DNA of 62,035 nucleotides from an uncultured Clostridia bacterium. Its GTDB lineage: Bacteria; Bacillota; Clostridia; Oscillospirales; Oscillospiraceae. The stretch's first letter is position 1. Each line of letters begins with the position of its first letter. Position numbers and translations under genes: made by a program. The notes beneath the pieces are model-generated. The model was not told the DNA's origin, ran no database searches, and was given only the letters and a program-made list of their open reading frames with translations. Shown in pieces: positions 34,009 through 42,598 of this stretch. Where the stretch lies: the NCBI GenBank assembly GCA_946411475.1, contig CAMKED010000001.1, forward strand, positions 1 through 62,035. Direction: 5' to 3'.

Positions 34009-34491
34009 TTAAACGTAGTACGGGTTTGGTTTTGAGAGAATCTGAAAGATGTCAATGATCCAACCGAATCCAAAAAGACCGAATGTAAACAGATACAGGA
34101 TTCCGAGATTGGAATTGCCCTCATAGAACTTGTGCGCACCGAAGTAACCCAGAAATACACATAACAGCAGAGCGACCCATTTGTCCTTTGGCGTTCCGGT
34201 ATTGACGGATACGTTGACTTGCTGGCTGACGGGCGTCTGATTCGCCGGAGGCTGATAGAAAACGAAGGTTGGCTGCTGCGCTTTCAGCTCCTGAACTTGT
34301 CTTCCACATTTCGGACAAACGACACAATCTGCGTTAATTGCTTCACCGCAATAAATACAGAATTTTTGATTGTCCTTTCGTGTTTGTCTGGTATCGTCAT
34401 AATACCTTGTTCCGCAGCTTTGACAGACGAGCATGCCGTTTTGCTGAACGATTTCCCGGCTTCCGCACATTTGACAAACGATAGCTTTCAT
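34009..34491 (-). CDS. Double zinc-ribbon plus TM2 domain protein
   Basis: 160 aa. Two CxxC...CxxC pairs are followed by a TM2 domain (KWVALLLCVFLGYFGAHKFYEGN...GILYLFTFGLFGFGWIIDIF). Confidence 0.7.
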   Translation of the reverse strand: MKAIVCQMCGSREIVQQNGMLVCQSCGTRYYDDTRQTRKDNQKFCIYCGEAINADCVVCPKCGRQVQELKAQQPTFVFYQPPANQTPVSQQVNVSVNTGTPKDKWVALLLCVFLGYFGAHKFYEGNSNLGILYLFTFGLFGFGWIIDIFQILSKPNPYYV

Positions 34492-34620
34492 CTTTTCCTC
34501 CTTTACTCACAAATCACTTCTAAAACGGACAAAGCGGAGTGCAGCTTTTTTTCTCAGAAAAGACAAAAAATGTGCAGCCCCAATCGAAGCTGCACACGAA
34601 AAACGCATACCCCGATTGCT

Positions 34621-34722
34621 GCTACACAAATCGATGACCCAACAAAAGGCGCCAAAGTGGAGATGCGCTTTTACCATAAGTAAAAATGCACCTTTTGTTG
34701 GAAAATATTCGATTTGTGTAGC
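34621..34722. other. 102-nt nested inverted repeat (structured RNA or MITE-like element)
   Basis: GCTACACAAATCGA (34621-34634) pairs with TCGATTTGTGTAGC (34709-34722). CCAACAAAAGG (34639-34649) pairs with CCTTTTGTTGG (34691-34701). It lies in the AT-rich divergent spacer between the TM2 and M28 genes. Confidence 0.6.
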
Positions 34723-34879
34723 ACCTTCATTATATCATAGGAGGTCTTTCTGTTCAATCCTTTTTTCAAAAAATTGGACCGATTTTGAATACAGAAGGTT
34801 TTTTTCAGCTTCCCTCTTCCATTTTAGAAAACTTATGATACAATAAGAACAGATAATAAAAAAGAGAGGAGCACCAATC

Positions 34880-36109
34880 ATGACCCAGGAACTGATGAAG
34901 CGCATCTTCGCGGAAACCGATTTTGTTCACCGCAGCGGCACGCCGGAGGAGCTCCGCGTGGCCGAATATCTCAAGGCCCAATGCGACGCGCTGGGCGTCC
35001 CGGCCTGGATCGAGTCCTTCCCCGTGGCCATGGGCGAGATCGAGGAGGCCCACGTCTACGCCGACGGCAAGGAGATCCCCTGTAAGGGCTTCTTCTGCTG
35101 CGGCAGCGGCGAGGTCGAAGCCGAGCTCTACTATATGCCTGCCCAGGATCCGGTCTCCGTGGCCGGCGCCAAGGACAAGATCGTCCTGATGGACAGCTCC
35201 GGCATCGGCTTCTTCGGCTATCAGGATCTGATGAAAGCCGGCGCCAAGGGCATTCTGTTCCAGTACGGCGATATCCATTATCCCATTGACGACATTGACG
35301 AGCGCGACCTGCGCGCCGCCGTAGTCGGAGAGGAGCAGAAGGTCCTCTGCGCCATGCTGAACACCGCAGACGCCGTGAACCTGCTGCGCAGCGAGACCAA
35401 GCGCGTCAAGATCAGCATCCGCCAGCGGGAATACGAAGGCAGATCCAACAACGTGATCGCGGAGCTGCCCGGCAAGCGGGACGAGTGGATCGTTCTCTCG
35501 GCCCACTACGACACCACAGCGCTTTCCCACGGCTCCTACGACAATATGTCCGGCTGCGTGGGTATCCTCGGCGTGCTGGAGGCTTTGAAGGACAAGCCGC
35601 TGAACTACGGCCTGCGCCTGGTGTTCTGCGGCAGCGAGGAGCGCGGCCTGCTGGGCTCCAAGGCCTATACCAAGGATCATGAAGCCGAGCTGCCCAAGAT
35701 TGCCCTGAACGTCAACCTGGACATGATCGGCACCTGGCTGGGCAAATTCATTGCCAAGGTCTCTGCGGAGGACAAATTGGTCCACTATCTGAGCTACATC
35801 GGCGCGGAGCTGAGCTTCCCGGTGGAGGCCAAGCAGGGCGTCTATTCCAGCGATTCAACCCCCTTTGCCGATAAGGGCGTCCCCGCCCTGTCCTTTGCCC
35901 GTCTGGCTTCGCCCAATGCTGCCCCGATCCACTGCCGTTACGACCTGCCCGAGGTCCTGTCCATGGCACAAATGGAGAAGGATATCGCTTTCATCGCGGA
36001 GTTTACCCGCCGCATGGCCATGTCCGCCGTTTGTCCCGTGGGCCGCGACATTCCCGAGAAGGTCAAGACCGAGCTCGACGAATACCTGTTCCGCAAGCGT
36101 CGCGCCTGA
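34880..36109 (+). CDS. M28 family peptidase
   Basis: 409 aa. It shows ...NVIAELPG...VLSAHYDT..., ...CGSEERGLLGSKAY... and ...NLDMIG... Confidence 0.8.
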   Translation: MTQELMKRIFAETDFVHRSGTPEELRVAEYLKAQCDALGVPAWIESFPVAMGEIEEAHVYADGKEIPCKGFFCCGSGEVEAELYYMPAQDPVSVAGAKDKIVLMDSSGIGFFGYQDLMKAGAKGILFQYGDIHYPIDDIDERDLRAAVVGEEQKVLCAMLNTADAVNLLRSETKRVKISIRQREYEGRSNNVIAELPGKRDEWIVLSAHYDTTALSHGSYDNMSGCVGILGVLEALKDKPLNYGLRLVFCGSEERGLLGSKAYTKDHEAELPKIALNVNLDMIGTWLGKFIAKVSAEDKLVHYLSYIGAELSFPVEAKQGVYSSDSTPFADKGVPALSFARLASPNAAPIHCRYDLPEVLSMAQMEKDIAFIAEFTRRMAMSAVCPVGRDIPEKVKTELDEYLFRKRRA

Positions 36110-36422
36110 GCCTTCCCCTTGAGGGGAAGGTGCCCCAGTGCGCACACTGGGGCGGATGAGGTGGTGCCCCAGCAACGCAATTGAGAGTTGAGAATTGAGA
36201 ATTGTCGGTGTTTTGCAGATTGCCATCTGCAAAACGAAAAACGATGAAGCCGACAGCGACGCGAAGACAGAGCCAGCGCTACAGGCCGTAGGGACGACTC
36301 GGAGCCGTCCGCATATTCCTTTTTTCATCGTTCAAATGGCAATTTGAACGATACCATCACTTTCAACGTTCCATTTTCAACTTTCAACTGTTTTTCCCCT
36401 GGCACACACTGTGCGCCCCTAC
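36110..36422. repeat. Large mosaic repeat block between the M28 and aldo/keto reductase genes
   Basis: The block holds GCCTTCCCCTTGAGGGGAAGG + TGCCCCAGTGCGCACACTGGGGC + GGATGAGGTGG (36110-36164) and a TTGAGAR stutter (36181-36204). It also holds the AT hairpins GTTTTGCAGATtgccATCTGCAAAAC (36210-36235) and TCGTTCAAATggcaATTTGAACGA (36328-36351). GTAGGGACGACTCGGAGCCGTCC lies at 36288, a TTTCAAC stutter at 36361-36390, and an inverted GTAG palindrome at 36401-36422. Confidence 0.9.
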
Positions 36423-36480
36423 AGCACAACGGTGCAGTTCCCTTTTAATTCTTACTTCTTCCCAATAAAGGAGATCCACC

Positions 36481-37488
36481 ATGCAATACAAACAATTAGG
36501 TAATTCAGAGCTCAAGGTTTCCGCCATTGCCCTCGGCACCTGGGGGCTGGGCGGCGGCAGCGTCTGGTCCGACAAGGATTCCACCGCTGCTGAGGCTGCC
36601 CGTCTGCTGGACGCCTGCAAGGCGCAGGGGATCAACTACATTGACACCGCCCCCGTCTACGGCACCGGGGCCAGCGAGGAGCTGCTGGGTGCTGCGCTGC
36701 AGGGCCGCCGCCACGACTTCATTCTCCAGACCAAGTGCTCGCTGAACTGGAGAGGGGAGGGCGGCAACTTCCACTACTCCCGCGACGGCTACACCGTCAA
36801 CAACGATACCCGGCCCGAAGCCGTCCGCCGCGACGTGGAGGATTCGCTTCGCCGCATGAAGACCGACTATCTGGACTCCGTGATCGTCCACTACGTCTGC
36901 AAATCCTTCCCCGTGGCCGAGACGGTCGGCGCGCTCGAGGATCTGATCCGCGAAGGCAAGATCCGCGCTTACGGCCTGTCCAACAGCCAGCCCGCAGACC
37001 TGGACGAATATCAGTCCGTGCCGGAAAAGAAGCAGGGCGTCAGCGTGGTGCAGGAGTTTTTCAGCATTCTCTCGCCCTTCCACGGCCGTGACTACTTCCC
37101 CGTCTGCGAGAAGTACAACACCACCTTCCAGACCTATGGCGTCCTGGAGGAGGGCTTCCTGACCGGCCCTGCCTTTCTGGAGCGGAAGTTTGCCAAGACC
37201 GACATCCGCTCCCGGATCCCCTGGGTGCAGGAGCAATACCACGACGGCCTGCGCAAGGCCTTCGAGACCTGGACGCCGCTGTGCGAGGAAAAGCATTGCA
37301 GCTTCGCCCAGCTCGTCGAGGCCTGGGCGCTGGCCCAGCATCCCAATATGAGCCTGCTGGTCGGCATGCGCAAGCCTGAAAACGTAGCCGACACAGTTCG
37401 CTGCCTCGAGCTCAAGCTGACGCCCGCCGAGCTGACCGCCATGGAGGAGACCGTCAAATCCATCCAGGTCGAGGTGCTGGACAAGTAA
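36481..37488 (+). CDS. Aldo/keto reductase
   Basis: 335 aa. The translation is MQYKQLGNSELKVSAIALGTWGLGG...INYIDTAPVYGTGASEELLG... Confidence 0.9.
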   Translation: MQYKQLGNSELKVSAIALGTWGLGGGSVWSDKDSTAAEAARLLDACKAQGINYIDTAPVYGTGASEELLGAALQGRRHDFILQTKCSLNWRGEGGNFHYSRDGYTVNNDTRPEAVRRDVEDSLRRMKTDYLDSVIVHYVCKSFPVAETVGALEDLIREGKIRAYGLSNSQPADLDEYQSVPEKKQGVSVVQEFFSILSPFHGRDYFPVCEKYNTTFQTYGVLEEGFLTGPAFLERKFAKTDIRSRIPWVQEQYHDGLRKAFETWTPLCEEKHCSFAQLVEAWALAQHPNMSLLVGMRKPENVADTVRCLELKLTPAELTAMEETVKSIQVEVLDK

Positions 37489-37542
37489 AAAGAAAACCGT
37501 TTCCGTTCTGACAAGCCGTGCGCGTAAAGGAGTACGAGAAAT

Positions 37543-38256
37543 ATGAACATCTACGCCGCAGCGTCGTTGTTTGCCATTCTGATTCTGCTGTATTGGGTGA
37601 TTTCCGAGGTGTTCACGGTTCTGTTCCGCCTGATCGGACTGCCGGAGGAGAAGGCTCGCTTCCAGGTGATCTCCCTGCTGACGGGGACGGGCTTTACCAC
37701 GCGGGAGAGCGAGATGATCCTCTCCACCCGGTCCCGCCGCCGTCTGGCCAGGATCACCGTGCTGTTCGGCTATGTGTTCAATATCACCTTCGTTTCCACC
37801 GTGGTGAACGTGTTCCTGTCCGCGGGCGCGGGCGGCTTCGGCTCCTCGGTTTTGAGTATGCTGATCCCGCTGGCGACGCTGGCTGCCGTGTTGAGCCTGT
37901 CGAGGACCCGCGAGGTGCGGATGTGGATAGATCGCCGCATCGAACGCGCGGCGGACAGCTTTGGCAGCAACCGCAACGCCAACGGCGTTATGCGCATTGA
38001 CGAGTTGGGTCCACAGACCATCGCCCGTGTCAGCATCAAAACGGTTCCGGAGGATCTGGAGGAAAAGACCCTCTCGCAGTTGGCCCTGAAGCCGAAATGG
38101 GATATTCTGGTCCTTATGGTGGAACGTGCCGACCGCACGACCGAAAATCCAACGGCAAAGACGGTGTTCCGCGCGGGCGACCGGGTCACGGTCTGCGGAG
38201 ACTATCGAAAAATCTGCCAGGTCTTCCAGGCCCGCGAACGCTTTTCCGACAATTGA
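37543..38256 (+). CDS. Membrane protein with C-terminal TrkA-C (RCK_C) domain
   Basis: 237 aa. The N-terminal TM segments carry a pore-like ...LLTGTGFTT... sequence. The C-terminus (...ISQLALKPKWDILVLMVER...FRAGDRVTVCGD) is TrkA-C like. Confidence 0.65.
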   Translation: MNIYAAASLFAILILLYWVISEVFTVLFRLIGLPEEKARFQVISLLTGTGFTTRESEMILSTRSRRRLARITVLFGYVFNITFVSTVVNVFLSAGAGGFGSSVLSMLIPLATLAAVLSLSRTREVRMWIDRRIERAADSFGSNRNANGVMRIDELGPQTIARVSIKTVPEDLEEKTLSQLALKPKWDILVLMVERADRTTENPTAKTVFRAGDRVTVCGDYRKICQVFQARERFSDN

Positions 38257-38266
38257 ACGCAGCCAT

Positions 38267-38289
38267 GTAGCGGCGCACACTGGTGCGCC
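38267..38289. repeat. GTAG-headed palindrome (GTAGCGGCGCAC variant)
   Basis: The sequence is GTAGCGGCGCACACtgGTGCGCC. Confidence 0.85.
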
Positions 38290-38325
38290 ACGCTGCCAAA
38301 CGAACCTGAAACAAAGGAGCCTTAC

Positions 38326-38868
38326 ATGAACGATGAAGCGCTGATCTGGAATGTTACGCATACCGAAGCCCTGCTGCACACGCCTGTCTTTGACGTCCTC
38401 GCCCAGAAGGAGGTCTCCGCTTCCGGCCATTCGGGGACCTATGTCGCGATGCAGGCTCCGGACTGGGTCATGGTGATCCCGGTGCTCGGCGAGGATTTTC
38501 TGCTGGTCCGTCAGTGGCGGCACGCCGCCCGCTGCCTGACCACGGAGTTTCCCGGCGGCGTCCGGGACGGGGACGAGGATCCTGCCGAGACAGCGGCGCG
38601 CGAGCTGCTGGAGGAGACCGGCTTCCGGGCGGGAACGCTTCGTCTGCTCGGACGCTGCAATCCCAATCCCGCCCTGTTTTCCAATACCTTTCATTGCTAT
38701 CTGGCGCAGGAGTTGATTCCCACCGGAGTCCAACACCTGGACGCGGACGAGCTTCTGCGCTATGAGCGTCGCCCGATCCGCGAGGTTGTGGCCGCATTCG
38801 GCAGCCCCGAATTCAGCCACGGCCTGATGGGAACTGCCCTGGCCTTCTACCTGCGGGAGAAGCAATAA
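38326..38868 (+). CDS. NUDIX hydrolase
   Basis: 180 aa with the Nudix box GGVRDGDEDPAETAARELLEETG. Confidence 0.85.
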   Translation: MNDEALIWNVTHTEALLHTPVFDVLAQKEVSASGHSGTYVAMQAPDWVMVIPVLGEDFLLVRQWRHAARCLTTEFPGGVRDGDEDPAETAARELLEETGFRAGTLRLLGRCNPNPALFSNTFHCYLAQELIPTGVQHLDADELLRYERRPIREVVAAFGSPEFSHGLMGTALAFYLREKQ

Positions 38869-38872
38869 TATG

Positions 38873-38904
38873 AAAAACCGGTCGCCCGCAGGCGACCGGT
38901 TTTT
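38873..38904. terminator. Bidirectional intrinsic terminator
   Basis: The sequence is AAAAACCGGTCGCCcgcaGGCGACCGGTTTTT. Confidence 0.85.
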
Positions 38905-38908
38905 CAAA

Positions 38909-38963
38909 GCCTTCCCCTCAAGGGGAAGGCTCCCCAGTGCGCACACTGGGGCGGATGAGGTGG
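38909..38963. repeat. Three-part CCTTCCCC composite element
   Basis: The sequence is GCCTTCCCCTCAAGGGGAAGGC + TCCCCAGTGCGCACACTGGGGC + GGATGAGGTGG, nearly identical to 36110-36164. Confidence 0.9.
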
Positions 38964-38999
38964 AGTTGTTGTATGGAATGATGCCGATAAACGGAAAAG

Positions 39000-39629
39000 T
39001 TACAGCGAAGAATAGCCGAAGCTGTTGACCAGGGCGTCCAGACGGCGGCCGGCCTTGCAGTAGGGGCAGTCGCGGTAATCGTAGCTGGCGTAGTTGGGCA
39101 GGTCCCGGATGTCGTAGACGGAGTGGACCAGAATGCCGGCGGATTCGGGGACGGTGCTGTAAAGGGCGGCGATGCCGGCGGCCTGGCCGCCGTAATAGCG
39201 GATGGCCTCAATGGAGCGGTTGGCCGTGAAGCCGGTGGTCACGCTGGCCATCAGGATCAGGACGTGCTTGTCCCGGATCAGGGGCTGTGCGTTGTCGCGG
39301 AAAATGATCTGGCTGTTGGCGTTGTATTCCGGCTCCAGCACGCAAATATCCCGATGTTCGTTCACACCGCGGGGAGTGTTGACCAGTTCCCGGGCCAGGC
39401 AGGTGCCGATGACGGCGGTGCCGTCCAGACAGAGAATGGTGTCTACCAGGTCAGTTGCGTACTTGGGAGCCAGTTCCTTCGCAACGGCGATGGCCTCCTC
39501 CAGTCGGGTCTTTTGGGCGGAGATGTCAATGTAGTAATTGATATGGCTGTGGTTGGTGGCGAAGTGGCCACGGGCCACGCGGAACGGGACGTTGCCTCTC
39601 TTGATGGGCAGCTCTTGGATCTCGATCAT
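39000..39629 (-). CDS. Phosphoribosyltransferase-fold protein
   Basis: The internal ATG at 39629 follows aaagggagg. It has a PRPP-loop-like VLILMASVTTGFT motif and a C-terminal CPYC. Confidence 0.6.
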   Translation of the reverse strand: MIEIQELPIKRGNVPFRVARGHFATNHSHINYYIDISAQKTRLEEAIAVAKELAPKYATDLVDTILCLDGTAVIGTCLARELVNTPRGVNEHRDICVLEPEYNANSQIIFRDNAQPLIRDKHVLILMASVTTGFTANRSIEAIRYYGGQAAGIAALYSTVPESAGILVHSVYDIRDLPNYASYDYRDCPYCKAGRRLDALVNSFGYSSL

Positions 39630-39786
39630 GTTACAGTCCTCCCTTTTTAGTTTGCGCGTATGCGTTATCGTGTTCTGCGGGAAAAACAAAAAAGCGGCCT
39701 TTATCCGGCAGCAGAGACCGGGAATCATCGCTTTTTTTCATTGTAACTCCAAGACGGGGGCTTTGTCAAGAGCTTCTGCCTTTCCG

Positions 39787-39815
39787 TTGACAAAAAAATG
39801 ATTTTTCGGTATAAT
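39787..39815 (+). promoter_or_regulatory. Consensus sigma-A promoter
   Basis: TTGACA (39787-39792), a 17-nt spacer, then TATAAT (39810-39815). Confidence 0.65.
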
Positions 39816-39841
39816 ACTAACAAATATAGTATAAGGGGGAG

Positions 39842-40465
39842 TTGGCCGTGAACAGCAACACCGTTTTGCAGGCTGTCGGTTATTTTTCCACGGTTTTGAT
39901 TTTGATCTCTTTTTTGATGACCTCGGTGCTGAAGCTGCGGCTGGTGAACCTGATCGGCTCAGCCATCTTTGTGGTGTTTGCCTTCCTGACACAATCCTAT
40001 CCGACGGCGATCATGAACGTGGGTCTGTGCATCATCAATATTTACTTCATCATTCGCCTGCTGCGCTCCAAACGCCTGACGCTGATGCTGCCGATTGCCC
40101 TGGACAGCGCCTATCTCCGGGCCTTTGAGGAGCTTTACCGGGCGGATATTCACCGCTATTTTCCAAACTTCGATCCCAATGCGTCCCAGGCGGACACCGC
40201 CTATTTCGTCTACTATGACATGGACCCTGCCGGTCTGACCATGGGCCGCAGGACGGAGGACGGCACGCTGGAGCTGCTGCTGGACTATACCATTCCCAAA
40301 TACCGGGACGCCTCCGTGGGCCGCTTTCTCTATCCCCATCTGCTGGGCGAGGAGGGCTTCACCGCGCTGGAGCTCCGCAAACCCACCGCGTATCACGAGA
40401 AGTATCTGAAAAAGGTCGGCTTTCGCAAGGAAAACGACTGCTACCGGCTGACGAACAACGCGTAA
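39842..40465 (+). CDS. Hypothetical protein: 3-TM YgjV-like N-terminus plus soluble C-terminal domain
   Basis: A 207-aa ORF with a TTG start per the ORF track; the GTG at 39848 is an alternative start. RBS gggggag lies upstream. There is no confident family assignment. Confidence 0.5.
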   Translation: MAVNSNTVLQAVGYFSTVLILISFLMTSVLKLRLVNLIGSAIFVVFAFLTQSYPTAIMNVGLCIINIYFIIRLLRSKRLTLMLPIALDSAYLRAFEELYRADIHRYFPNFDPNASQADTAYFVYYDMDPAGLTMGRRTEDGTLELLLDYTIPKYRDASVGRFLYPHLLGEEGFTALELRKPTAYHEKYLKKVGFRKENDCYRLTNNA

Positions 40466-40490
40466 ACGCTTGAATTATGGAGGACTCACC

Positions 40491-41165
40491 ATGAAGCTGC
40501 TCTATGCCGAGGACGAACGCAGCCTTTCGGAGGCTGTGGTGGACGTTCTGGAATACCACAAGTATAAGGTGGACGCCGTCTATGACGGCCAGGATGCGCT
40601 GGATTACGCCGAAAACGATCAGTACGACGGGATCATCCTGGACGTCATGATGCCGCGCAAAAGCGGCTTTGAGGTTCTGCGTGCGCTCCGCGCAAAAGGA
40701 GACCGCACGCCCATTCTGCTGCTGACTGCCAAGGCTGAGGTGGAGGACCGGATCCAGGGCCTGGACCTCGGCGCGGACGACTATTTGCCCAAGCCCTTCG
40801 CCATGGGCGAGCTGCTGGCCCGCATCCGGGCCATGCTCCGCCGCAGGGAGGAGTTTACGCCGGATCTTCTGACCATGGGAAATCTTTCCCTGGACCGCCA
40901 GAGCTATACCCTTTGCGTGGGGGAGAACCGGCTGTTGCTGCCCAAACTGGAATTCCAGATGATGGAGCTGTTTCTGCTGAACCGCGGGATCTACCTTTCC
41001 ACCGAGGACATTCTGGTAAAGGTCTGGGGCTATGACACGGATGCGGAGATCGGGATCGTCTGGGTCTATATCTCCTATCTGCGAAAGAAGCTGACGAGCC
41101 TGGGGGCAGACGTAGCCATCAAGGCGAAACGGAACATCGGCTACACGCTGGAGTTGACGACATGA
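40491..41165 (+). CDS. OmpR-family response regulator
   Basis: MKLLYAEDERSL...ILDVMMPRKSGFEVL...LLLTAK... is a receiver domain, followed by a winged-helix output domain (...IGYTLE). Confidence 0.92.
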   Translation: MKLLYAEDERSLSEAVVDVLEYHKYKVDAVYDGQDALDYAENDQYDGIILDVMMPRKSGFEVLRALRAKGDRTPILLLTAKAEVEDRIQGLDLGADDYLPKPFAMGELLARIRAMLRRREEFTPDLLTMGNLSLDRQSYTLCVGENRLLLPKLEFQMMELFLLNRGIYLSTEDILVKVWGYDTDAEIGIVWVYISYLRKKLTSLGADVAIKAKRNIGYTLELTT

Positions 41166-42466
41166 TTCGTACGCTGAAACGAAAATTCATCATGGCGGCC
41201 ATGGTCGCCGTTACGGTGCTGCTGGTGACGATCCTGGGCATTCTGAACCTGGTCAACGCCTGGAGCACCCGGCAGGAAAGCCTGCGTCTGCTCGATAATC
41301 TGATCCAGATGGAGACGCAGATCCCCCCGGAGCTGCCGGAAGGGGAAAGCTTTCCCACGTTTCCCGAGGGGGAACGGCCCTTCCGCGGCGGCGAAGACCG
41401 GGACCGCGGCTTTATGATGGGCCAGTTGACGGAGAATGATCGCATGTCCGCGGTTTTCTTCGTTGTCAGAATGCAGGACGGATCTGTCACCGGGACGGAT
41501 CTGAGCCGAATCTCCGCCGTCTCCGAAGCTGAGGCTGCCGCGCTGGCGGAAGCGGCGTCCGCTACGGGAAAGACGGAGGGCAGCGTGGACAACTATCGTT
41601 ACGCCACCGCGCAGGCAGGCACCGGCGAGACGGTCTACGTTTTCCTGGAGGTCTCCAATCGGCGCAACGCCGTGCTGCGCGTGGCGGCCCTCTCCGCGCT
41701 TGCCGGCTTTGCAGGCTGGCTGCTGATGCTTGGCCTGGTGGTGCTCCTGGCAAGGCGCACCATTGCGCCGATCGCGGAAAATATGGACCGGCAGCGGCAG
41801 TTTGTGACCGACGCCGGACATGAACTGAAAACCCCGCTTGCCATCATACAGGCCAATACGGAGGCCATGGAGTTGATCCAGGGCGAGAATAAATGGAGCC
41901 GCAACATCAAGGCGCAAACGGCCCGCTTGACCGAGCTGACCCGGAATCTGCTGACCCTGGCCCGGGCCGAGGAGATTCCCGCGCAGGGCAGCTTCGCCTC
42001 GGTGGACTTCTCAGCTCTGACAACGAAGACCGCGCAAATGTTCCAGACGCCGATGGAGCAGAAGGGCCTGAGCCTGGAAGCGGAGACAGAGGCGGGAATC
42101 AGCGTTCGCGGCCAGGAGGCGCAGCTTTCCAATCTCTGTTCGATCCTGTTTGACAACGCCGTGAAATACGCCACAGAGGGCTCCGTGCTGCGCCTGCGTC
42201 TGCGAGCCGAGGAGAAGACTTGCACCCTGCGGCTGGAAAACCGCTGCGACAAGCTGCCGGACTGCCCGCCGGAGCGGCTCTTTGACCGCTTCTACCGCGC
42301 GGACGCAGCCCGGACCCAGTCCACCGGCGGCTTCGGCATCGGCCTTTCCGCGGCTCAGGTCATCGTCCTGCAGCACCGCGGCCGCCTCGAAGCGGAATAC
42401 CCCGCGGAGGACCGAATCGCCTTTACCGTCACGCTGCCAGTGCAGCAAGTGACAGGTGACAATTGA
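41162..42466 (+). CDS. Sensor histidine kinase
   Basis: 434 aa with 2 TM segments, an H-box (FVTDAGHELKTPLAII) and N/G boxes (LFDNAVKY..., GGFGIGLS). Its start overlaps the response-regulator stop. Confidence 0.9.
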   Translation: MIRTLKRKFIMAAMVAVTVLLVTILGILNLVNAWSTRQESLRLLDNLIQMETQIPPELPEGESFPTFPEGERPFRGGEDRDRGFMMGQLTENDRMSAVFFVVRMQDGSVTGTDLSRISAVSEAEAAALAEAASATGKTEGSVDNYRYATAQAGTGETVYVFLEVSNRRNAVLRVAALSALAGFAGWLLMLGLVVLLARRTIAPIAENMDRQRQFVTDAGHELKTPLAIIQANTEAMELIQGENKWSRNIKAQTARLTELTRNLLTLARAEEIPAQGSFASVDFSALTTKTAQMFQTPMEQKGLSLEAETEAGISVRGQEAQLSNLCSILFDNAVKYATEGSVLRLRLRAEEKTCTLRLENRCDKLPDCPPERLFDRFYRADAARTQSTGGFGIGLSAAQVIVLQHRGRLEAEYPAEDRIAFTVTLPVQQVTGDN

Positions 42467-42508
42467 CAGTTTTACACCCGCCTGCAGGGACGGCACTCTG
42501 CCGTCTGC
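42445..42508. repeat. GTGACA stutter plus degenerate GGGAC palindrome
   Basis: caagtgacaggtgacaattgacag contains the kinase stop at 42464-42466. It is followed by GCAGGGACGGCActcTGCCGTCTGC (42484-42508). Confidence 0.75.
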
Positions 42509-42598
42509 GAACTCCACCCATCCTTTGAAGCCAATTTCAAAAAATGTGAGGTAATACCTAACATACAAAGCAAGCCAAACCGGGTATAATCTGGTTGG

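Noticed and set aside
36505-38946. An 813-aa ORF on the minus strand spanning three plus-strand genes.
   Set aside because: It runs antisense to well-supported genes (aldo/keto reductase, TrkA-C protein, NUDIX). The translation is low-complexity and Arg/Gly/Ala/Pro-rich, with no recognisable motif. Long antisense ORFs are expected in high-GC DNA.
39640-39740. A possible attenuator/terminator in the leader of the phosphoribosyltransferase-fold gene (AAAAAAGCG...CGCTTTTTT with inner CCGG/CCGG).
   Set aside because: The stem is short and interrupted. It reads equally on both strands in a divergent promoter region, and no PyrR-type binding motif was identified. The evidence is too weak to call.
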